A DNA stretch of 64,000 bases, taken from NCBI GenBank assembly GCA_947463095.1, contig CANHRE010000001.1, positions 10,719-74,718 on the forward strand. Reading direction: 5' to 3'. The translations under genes were made by a program, and so were the position numbers. Every line of letters starts with the position of its first letter. The first letter of the stretch is position 1. Below are positions 57,696-64,000 of the stretch, one piece after another. The notes beneath the pieces are model-generated. The model did not search any database, was not told the DNA's origin, and worked only from the letters and a program-made list of their open reading frames with translations. Source of the stretch: Flavobacteriales bacterium. Lineage in GTDB: Bacteria > Bacteroidota > Bacteroidia > NS11-12g > UBA955.

Positions 57696-58613
57696 TCACC
57701 CAACGGTACAATCCTCTTCCGCGCAGGGCGTGAACTCTGTTTCGATGGTGGCGTGCTGTATGTTCAGATGCTCTAGCCTATGGCGCAACTCTTCCTTGAT
57801 TTCCTGCTCGCGCATTCGGTCCACCTCCGCCTTCAGCAACACATGCATGGTGATGGCGTTGCGCATGCTGCCAATGGCCCAGATATGCAGATGGTGTATG
57901 TTCTGTACGCCGTTCACCTTGAGCGCCTCGCTGTGCACCGCTTCCGGGTCTATGCCGTGCGGAATGCCGTCCAGGGCGAGGCGCACGCTTTCCAAAAGCA
58001 GGCGGTAAGTACCGAACAGAATTACCAGTGCTATCAGGAAACCCATGATGGGATCGGTCAGAGTCCAGCCAGTGTACATAACGATAAGTCCGCTGATCAG
58101 CACGCCCAAAGAAACCAGGGCATCGGCCGCCATATGCAGGAAGGCTGCCCGCACGTTGATGTCATGGCTGTGGCTGCCATCGCGGATAAACAGCCAGGCG
58201 GTGAATCCGTTCACGAGGATGCCCGCAGCGGAGGTGATCACCACCCACTGCCCCTGGATTTCCTGTACCTGGTTGAAGCGCAGGATGGTCGTGCGCATGA
58301 GCAATACCACCATCAGCAAGAGCAGCAGACTGTTCAGCAGTCCTGCCAGCACAGTGGATTTGGCATAACCGTAGGTGTAGGATCGATGTTGTTTCCCTGA
58401 GCTCAGCCGGAAGGCGAACAGCGAGAGGAGCAGACCGAAAACATCGCTGAGGTTATGCGCTGCATCGCTCCACAGGGCCATGGAATTGGACCAGGATGCG
58501 GCCAATGCTTCAACGGCCACAAATGCCAAATTCACAAGCACTCCTGCCATAAATACCCTAACCTGCCGTTCCGGCAGACTTTGGTGATGGTGGTGATGCG
58601 TATGGTTGTGCAT
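57696..58613 (-). CDS. cation diffusion facilitator family transporter (CzcD-like)
   Basis: There is a His-rich N-terminus (HNHTHHHHHQ) and six TM segments. The CDF signature region with the conserved HxxxD motifs is present. Confidence 0.85.
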   Translation of the reverse strand: MHNHTHHHHHQSLPERQVRVFMAGVLVNLAFVAVEALAASWSNSMALWSDAAHNLSDVFGLLLSLFAFRLSSGKQHRSYTYGYAKSTVLAGLLNSLLLLLMVVLLMRTTILRFNQVQEIQGQWVVITSAAGILVNGFTAWLFIRDGSHSHDINVRAAFLHMAADALVSLGVLISGLIVMYTGWTLTDPIMGFLIALVILFGTYRLLLESVRLALDGIPHGIDPEAVHSEALKVNGVQNIHHLHIWAIGSMRNAITMHVLLKAEVDRMREQEIKEELRHRLEHLNIQHATIETEFTPCAEEDCTVG

Positions 58614-58727
58614 GGCCCATGCAATTTAATCAGATAAATACTAGAGATGAGCATGTTCAGCACAGAACAAATTGACAGTATCGATATCTTTGGAGCAAAG
58701 TTTGAATCTAGACCAACACGTTTAACT

Positions 58728-59048
58728 ATGGCAAAAGAAATAACAGATAAGGATTTCAAGGAACTGGTGCTGCAATCAGACAAACCGGTTTTAGTAGATT
58801 TTTGGGCAATTTGGTGCGGCCCATGCAAAATGATTGCTCCGGTGGTGGAAGAGCTTTCCAATGATTTCGAAGGCAAGGCGATTATCGGCAAAATGGATGT
58901 GGATGCAAATCCGAACACAGCTATGGAATATGGCATCCGCAGCATCCCAACCCTGCTCATTTTCAAAGGAGGACAGGTGGTTGACAAAGTTGTGGGCGTT
59001 GTATCTAAAAGTGTTCTGGCTGCGAAGCTGGAAGACCAAATGGCCTAA
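58728..59048 (+). CDS. trxA: thioredoxin
   Basis: The start was chosen at MAKEITDKDF. The WCGPC active site is present. 106 aa. Confidence 0.85.
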   Translation: MAKEITDKDFKELVLQSDKPVLVDFWAIWCGPCKMIAPVVEELSNDFEGKAIIGKMDVDANPNTAMEYGIRSIPTLLIFKGGQVVDKVVGVVSKSVLAAKLEDQMA

Positions 59049-59063
59049 CCAAGAAAACAAGAT

Positions 59064-59094
59064 AAAAGCCGGGGCATGTTCCTCGGCTTTTTTA
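59064..59094 (+). terminator. rho-independent terminator after trxA
   Basis: AGCCGGGG-CATGTT-CCTCGGCT forms an 8-bp stem with one G:U pair, followed by TTTTTTATTT. Confidence 0.7.
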
Positions 59095-59107
59095 TTTGAA
59101 CACGGCT

Positions 59108-60001
59108 ATGATGCTGGCTGAAATTCAGGATTTCCGCAATTTGGAACTGCTCGCCCGTCAGGTGGTAGAAGGGTTTATCAACGGATTGCACCGAAGTCCA
59201 TTCCACGGTTTTTCCGTTGAATTTGCTGAGCATAGGCCTTATAATCCCGGTGAATCGGTGCGCTACCTCGACTGGAAATTGTACGGCAGAACAGACCGCC
59301 TGTTTGTGAAACGCTTTCAGGAGGAAACCAACCTGCGTTGCCGGCTGGTACTTGATGTTTCCGGCAGCATGTACACCGGTGAGGGTTATCCAAAGGCAAG
59401 ATTCTCAATGCTTGCAGCAGCTGCCATCATGCTCATGCTGCGCAAACAAAGAGATGCTTTTGGCTTGAGCCTGTTTGCCGACAGCATCCTGGAAGAAACA
59501 GACATCAAAAGCACCGCTTCCCATTTTGACCTGTTGTTGCATTGCTTGGACAATAACCTAAATCCGGGGCCTGCTGCGCGTGGATCTGCTCCCGCTGCCA
59601 TCCTGCACGACATTGCCGACCGGCAGCACCGCCGCAGCCTCATCATCTTGTTCAGCGACATGTTCACTGCTGAAGACCCTGAACAGTTGTTTAAGAGCCT
59701 GCAACACCTGAAGCATGGGCAGAATGAGGTCATCATGTTCCATGTTACAGACCGCAAAACCGAGCTAGAGCTGCGTTTTGACAATAAGGCATACCGGTTT
59801 GTTGATGCGGAAAGTGGTGAGGAAATAAAGCTGGATCCGGCCGAATTTAGTACTGCCTATCAGCAGAAAATAGGCGAACAGATTTTAGAACTTCAGACCC
59901 GCTGCAGGCAATATAAAATTGATTTTATACCTGTTGACGTGGCAGAAGACTTCCGCCAGGTGTTGCTTCCCTTCCTGATGAAGCGTCAGAGTCTTTACTG
60001 A
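59108..60001 (+). CDS. DUF58 (VWA-like) domain protein
   Basis: The DUF58 hallmark HRSPFHGFSVEFAEHRPYNPGESVRYLDWKLYGRTDRLFVK is present. The ORF could start at a TTG at 59096. No MoxR-type ATPase lies adjacent. Confidence 0.7.
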   Translation: MMLAEIQDFRNLELLARQVVEGFINGLHRSPFHGFSVEFAEHRPYNPGESVRYLDWKLYGRTDRLFVKRFQEETNLRCRLVLDVSGSMYTGEGYPKARFSMLAAAAIMLMLRKQRDAFGLSLFADSILEETDIKSTASHFDLLLHCLDNNLNPGPAARGSAPAAILHDIADRQHRRSLIILFSDMFTAEDPEQLFKSLQHLKHGQNEVIMFHVTDRKTELELRFDNKAYRFVDAESGEEIKLDPAEFSTAYQQKIGEQILELQTRCRQYKIDFIPVDVAEDFRQVLLPFLMKRQSLY

Positions 60002-60555
60002 TTGCCAGCCAGGAACTGCTTCAATTCACTGTAAAAACGGGCCATGGGGAAACCCATTACGTTGTAAAAACAGCCATTTACCCGGGTTACACAGGTATAG
60101 CCCAGCCAATCCTGAATTCCATAGGAACCGGCCTTGTCGAAAGGGTGATAATTCCTGATGTAGAAGTGAATTTCCTCTTCACTAAGACTGCGGAAATGAA
60201 CTTCCGTAACGTCATGAAATATACGTTCCCGATCGCCATACCTCATACAAACGCCTGTAAACACCCGGTGAACACCGCCAGACAGCCTGCTCAGCATACT
60301 GAAGGCTTCGGCCTCATCGGCTGGCTTGTTGAGGATTGCATGTTGATGAACCACTATGGTATCGGCACAAACCAGCACCCTGCCGGAAAAATCCCCATGG
60401 AACGTATGGGCTTTTTTCCAAGCGAGAAATTCCGCAACCTCGGCATCTTTCAAGTGGTCGGGAAACGTTTCATCAGCATCCAGGTCGCATAAGGTTACAT
60501 CGAAACCTGTTTCGCTGAATAAGGTTCTTCGTCGCGGTGAACGACTGGCCAGCAT
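59995..60555 (-). CDS. maf: Maf-like nucleoside triphosphate pyrophosphatase
   Basis: The motifs MLASRSPRRR and VLVCADTIV are present. The ORF extends to 60621, and the start is uncertain among 60555, 60585 and 60621. Confidence 0.7.
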   Translation of the reverse strand: MLASRSPRRRTLFSETGFDVTLCDLDADETFPDHLKDAEVAEFLAWKKAHTFHGDFSGRVLVCADTIVVHQHAILNKPADEAEAFSMLSRLSGGVHRVFTGVCMRYGDRERIFHDVTEVHFRSLSEEEIHFYIRNYHPFDKAGSYGIQDWLGYTCVTRVNGCFYNVMGFPMARFYSELKQFLAGNQ

Positions 60556-60619
60556 AATCCCCGGTAATTCCTCAGGCAGCAACATGTGTGGCAAAAATGC
60601 GACAAAGCATGCAATTTGC

Positions 60620-61285
60620 ATGATGGTTCTTGGTAAGTGGAAGAAGCTGCTCAGCTATCTGTGGCCCGTTGTTGAGGCACGCAAGTCTTCTATCCTGAAC
60701 CCAAACCTTGAATTGCGCTGGGAGCATGGCCGCCTGGTTCTGAATACTGCACGCGCTAATTATTCCTATGGCTCTCTGCACGAAGTAATGCGCGTAGCTA
60801 TTGACGGGCTATCGGAAGCAGACATGAAAAAACTGCTGCTGCTTGGACTGGGAGGCGGTTCTGTGCTAACGATAATCCGAAAAAAGCAGTTCCGCAACAC
60901 GCATGTTACCGCAGTAGAACTTGATCCTCTAATCTTGGACATTGCTGCTGCATATTTCAATATCGGAAACGACCACCAATGCACCCTTGTGCAGGCTGAT
61001 GCTCTGGATTATGTTCAAAAAACAGGTGAAGCACGCTTTTCATGCATCATCGATGACCTCTTTACGGATCTTGTAAAACCTGACTTCGCCACAAACCCTG
61101 CTTATGCTATTGCACTGCACCGCATTTTATTACCCGATGGCATGCTGGTCATCAATGTGATAATTTCAGGAGCAATCAGCCTCCAGGATTTTTTAAATCC
61201 TTACCTGCCTTTTTTTCGACTCGAACAGTACAGGTTGGTGCACAGCGACAACCATTTGCTGTTCTTGCGGAGAAAGCCTAGCTGA
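60620..61285 (+). CDS. class I SAM-dependent methyltransferase (spermidine-synthase-like fold)
   Basis: The start was chosen at MMVLGKWKK. The Rossmann motif LLLGLGGGS and the VELDPLILDIAAAYF region are present. The longer ORF from 60356 would overlap maf. Confidence 0.5.
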   Translation: MMVLGKWKKLLSYLWPVVEARKSSILNPNLELRWEHGRLVLNTARANYSYGSLHEVMRVAIDGLSEADMKKLLLLGLGGGSVLTIIRKKQFRNTHVTAVELDPLILDIAAAYFNIGNDHQCTLVQADALDYVQKTGEARFSCIIDDLFTDLVKPDFATNPAYAIALHRILLPDGMLVINVIISGAISLQDFLNPYLPFFRLEQYRLVHSDNHLLFLRRKPS

Positions 61286-62042
61286 TGGCTTCTTCCATCA
61301 TGGAATTGCTTAAATCAGCACCTAGATATCGGTCAATCCAATGGTGCACCGCGTACAATACCGGAGTGAGGATGATGGCCACGGAGAATTTGTACAGGTA
61401 ACCCATGGTACCAACCGCCAACACTTGGCTCAGAGGCCAGTCGGCACCCCAATAGAAGGCAATGATCAACACCACGTAGCTATCCAGCAACTGTGATACC
61501 AGGGTTGATCCGGTAGCCCTCAACCATATAGCTTTGGAACCGGTGCGTTTGCGCAATGCCCTAAAAATACCTGCATCAACAACCTGCCCAATCAGAAAGG
61601 CGCATAAGGAGCCGATGATGATAAACAAGCCCTGCCCGAACACCTGGCTGTATGCCTGATTCAAATCGCGAAGTCCCTTGGTGGTAGCGCTTTGAGACCA
61701 CCAGTCGGCCGGAGTTAACCAAATGGCAAGCCGAACCATGATGAATGCATACACAATCAACCCAATGGCCATCATGGTAAGCCGCCGAACCCCTTTTTTA
61801 CCGAAATACTCATTCACAATGTCGGTAATTACAAAAACCACTGGCCATAGAATTACACCGGCAGTAAGCTGAAAATTGAGGGTATAGCCAAGAATTCTGA
61901 AGCCTGCATCAGGAAGTCCGAGGGTCTTTTCGGCAGAAAATATTTTAACTCCTATAAATTCGGCAAGCAGGGCATTGGTAAGAAAGAAACCAGCCAACAT
62001 GAGGAACAGCAGGTTCTTTTTATCGGCAGTAGATTGATTCAT
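61278..62042 (-). CDS. queuosine precursor transporter (YhhQ/DUF165, VUT family)
   Basis: This polytopic membrane protein has FILAEFIGVKIF...VITDIVNEYFGKK motifs characteristic of YhhQ. Confidence 0.65.
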   Translation of the reverse strand: MNQSTADKKNLLFLMLAGFFLTNALLAEFIGVKIFSAEKTLGLPDAGFRILGYTLNFQLTAGVILWPVVFVITDIVNEYFGKKGVRRLTMMAIGLIVYAFIMVRLAIWLTPADWWSQSATTKGLRDLNQAYSQVFGQGLFIIIGSLCAFLIGQVVDAGIFRALRKRTGSKAIWLRATGSTLVSQLLDSYVVLIIAFYWGADWPLSQVLAVGTMGYLYKFSVAIILTPVLYAVHHWIDRYLGADLSNSMMEEAIS

Positions 62043-62052
62043 CAAACTGGGT

Positions 62053-63456
62053 TTAGCAAGCATACTCCTCCCCCATCTTCATGATGTGCACATTGGGGAA
62101 ACCCTTAGCCAGCAGACGGCTCTTCCAGGCCTGCAGAGCTTCAGTATCGCCGTGCACCAGCAGCATGTGTGCTACACGTTCCGGCACCTGACAGCTTAAA
62201 TACTGCAACATTTCCTCATAATCGGCATGGGCAGAAAAATAGTCCATCACTTCTACCCGGCAACGAACATCATACTCGGTTCCGAAAATGCGTACATGCT
62301 CTTTTCCTTCGCGCAGCTGACCGGCCAGACTCATTGGTGTGGCATAGCCTACAATCAGTACCGTAGCATTTACATCGCTGATGTTGTTGGCAATATGGTG
62401 CTTCACACGGCCCGCTTCTGCCATCCCGGAGGCGGAAATGATGATGGCCGGACCTGTGTCATTATTCAGGGCTTTGCTCTCATCTACTTTACTAATGTAG
62501 TGTAGGTTGCTGAACCCGAAAGGATCGCCATCACGTGTGATGTAATCCAGGATTTCCTTATTGTATTCTTCGCGGTGCCGGGCCATCACAGCGGTGGCAT
62601 TTACCGATAAGGGGCTGTCCACGTAGACCGGGATTTTCGGAAGCATTCCCTTGTGTTCCAGTCGGTCCAGCAGGTATATTAACTCTTGTGTACGGTCAAT
62701 GCTGAAGGCGGGAATAATCAGTTTACCTCCCCTGTTCACACAGGTATCTTTAACCACACGCAACAAATGCGCTTCAGCATCTTTAGCAGGCTCATGCAGA
62801 CGGTTACCGTAGGTGCTTTCGCAAATGATGATATCTGACTGGGGGAAAGTATCAGGGCCGGAAAGAATTTGATCGCCGGGCCTTCCTATATCTCCGGTAA
62901 AGGTTATTTTCTTTTCGTGAACACCGTCCTTAACCGCCAGGGTGATGGCAACACTACCCAAGATATGGGCGTTTCTGGTGCACAGTACGGAAACCTCCTC
63001 ACAAAGTTGCCAGTAATCCCCTTCCATTGGCATGATTTCCACCTGCCTGAACACTTGTTGCACATCTTCTACATCGTACAACGGTACTACCGGTGGAAGG
63101 CCTTTATTGGCACGTCTTTTATTCAGATGACCCAAATCACTTTCCTGGATCTTGGCGCTGTCCAGCAGCATCAGATCCATCAGATCTTTGGTAGGGGCTG
63201 TGCAATATATGGGTCCGCGAAACCCCTCCTTCACCAGGCGAGGGAGTAGGCCGGTATGGTCGATGTGCGCATGCGAAATAATAACATAATCAAGTGAAGG
63301 AGGCGCAAAGCCAAAATGACGGTTCAAATCGTCACCTTCAGCCCCTTCTCCCTGCACCAGACCGCAGTCTAACATGATTTTCGTCCCTTTTCCAGTGGTG
63401 ATGATGTGTTTGCTTCCGGTAACCCTTCCGGCTGCTCCAAATGATGTAATGTGCAT
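62053..63456 (-). CDS. MBL-fold metallo-hydrolase of the beta-CASP RNA-metabolising family
   Basis: 467 aa. The beta-lactamase motif HAHIDHTG and the beta-CASP C-terminal region are present. Confidence 0.7.
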   Translation of the reverse strand: MHITSFGAAGRVTGSKHIITTGKGTKIMLDCGLVQGEGAEGDDLNRHFGFAPPSLDYVIISHAHIDHTGLLPRLVKEGFRGPIYCTAPTKDLMDLMLLDSAKIQESDLGHLNKRRANKGLPPVVPLYDVEDVQQVFRQVEIMPMEGDYWQLCEEVSVLCTRNAHILGSVAITLAVKDGVHEKKITFTGDIGRPGDQILSGPDTFPQSDIIICESTYGNRLHEPAKDAEAHLLRVVKDTCVNRGGKLIIPAFSIDRTQELIYLLDRLEHKGMLPKIPVYVDSPLSVNATAVMARHREEYNKEILDYITRDGDPFGFSNLHYISKVDESKALNNDTGPAIIISASGMAEAGRVKHHIANNISDVNATVLIVGYATPMSLAGQLREGKEHVRIFGTEYDVRCRVEVMDYFSAHADYEEMLQYLSCQVPERVAHMLLVHGDTEALQAWKSRLLAKGFPNVHIMKMGEEYAC

Positions 63457-63514
63457 GAAAAATATAGATTAGAATGTTGATGCAAGCTATCCTTGCTGAA
63501 CTTTGCAAATATTG

Positions 63515-64000
63515 ATGCACCGTTTCAGAATAACAACTTTCCTATTTTCCTTGGCCTGTCTTTTTTTGAGCGTTTCCAGTCTGAAGGCCCAAAACTGGCA
63601 GCAATGGATGGAACGCGGGAGCCGGTATGAATCACAAGGGCAGGTTACCCAGGCTTTATCATGCTATGATTCAGCCATCCGCATAGAACCGCAAAAAGCA
63701 CAGGCCTATTTCAACCGGGCCAATATTCGATATCAGACCAACAAGAAAACGCTGGCTCTGGTAGATCTAAATAAATGCCTGCTCCTGGATACCTCGTTTG
63801 CAGAGGCCTACTTCAACAGGGCATTGGTGCATCACGAACTTTCCAACGATGCTTTTGCCTTAGCAGACATCAAATGCTATTTGCGTTTTGACAGCACAAA
63901 CACCGAATCACTGTTGCTCTCAGCAGAAATTCTGGAGCGTATGGGCGATGCACGGGGTGCAGCAAAGGTCCTTCAAGGTTATTTAAACAACAAACCCGAA
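63515..64000 (+). CDS. tetratricopeptide-repeat protein, N-terminal part. The 3' end lies outside the window.
   Basis: The ATG at 63515 opens a frame that runs to the window end (MHRFRITTFLFSLACLFLSVSSLKAQ...). It has a signal peptide and repeated AYFNRA TPR-like units. Confidence 0.45.
   Translation, partial: MHRFRITTFLFSLACLFLSVSSLKAQNWQQWMERGSRYESQGQVTQALSCYDSAIRIEPQKAQAYFNRANIRYQTNKKTLALVDLNKCLLLDTSFAEAYFNRALVHHELSNDAFALADIKCYLRFDSTNTESLLLSAEILERMGDARGAAKVLQGYLNNKPE

Noticed and set aside
57465-57700. A possible tRNA or tmRNA gene, suggested by GGTTCGACTCC T-loop-like motifs and a GCTCACCCA 3'-end-like sequence
   Set aside because: The flanking nucleotides do not form a 5-bp T-stem (only 2 bp pair). 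No complementary acceptor strand could be found. The gap is too short for a tmRNA. It is kept only as a possible remnant or other structured RNA, reported in the findings.
1-64000. CRISPR arrays, rRNA genes, transposases, integrases, or phage or defence-island content
   Set aside because: No regularly spaced repeats are present. No transposase, integrase or recombinase-like translations appear in the ORF track. The window reads as core chromosome. The standalone EVE, Smr, Maf and DUF58 genes sit in housekeeping contexts and do not cluster like a defence island.

Overview
This is a 64 kb chromosomal segment, about 50% GC, whose gene content points to a Bacteroidetes genome (Sphingobacteriia/Chitinophagia-like), densely packed with housekeeping genes. 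Recognisable genes include a Tex C-terminal fragment, gluQ, ligA, dapA, menD, purB, the pyrR-pyrB pair, rpsA, guaA, ruvB, queG, nadE, purN, trxA and maf. The largest coherent unit is a six-gene alternative complex III (ACIII, actABCDEF) quinol:cytochrome c oxidoreductase operon on the minus strand at 24.6-33.2 kb. It is bounded by clean hairpin terminators. I found no CRISPR array, rRNA, intact tRNA, transposase or integrase, and no recognisable known defence system. The candidates most worth a second look are listed first below.
- A TPR-LytS histidine kinase and LytTR regulator sit divergent from an uncharacterised three-gene secreted/membrane operon, with a roughly 20-bp direct repeat in the shared intergenic region (46.3-51.0 kb).
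- An M61-PDZ aminopeptidase is co-transcribed with a trypsin-like peptidase-ankyrin fusion protein (42.8-45.9 kb).
- A 1201-aa secreted protein carries MORN/YwqK-like repeats and a perfect in-frame 18-bp tandem duplication.
- A trans-sulfuration PLP enzyme gene has about 60% GC against the roughly 50% background, consistent with horizontal acquisition. It is followed by an AT-rich region carrying two perfect palindromes.
- A 230-bp convergent intergenic region (57.47-57.70 kb) holds nested C5AC/GTG5 complementary blocks and tRNA T-loop-like GGTTCGAC motifs. It is a possible structured RNA or an integration scar.
- rpsA appears to start at TTG behind a Shine-Dalgarno-like AAAGGAGGA, which is atypical for Bacteroidetes, and has a C-terminal helix-hairpin-helix (HhH) extension.
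- nadE sits next to a GldB-like lipoprotein gene.
All calls rest on reading the supplied ORF translations and the nucleotide sequence. No database search was possible.
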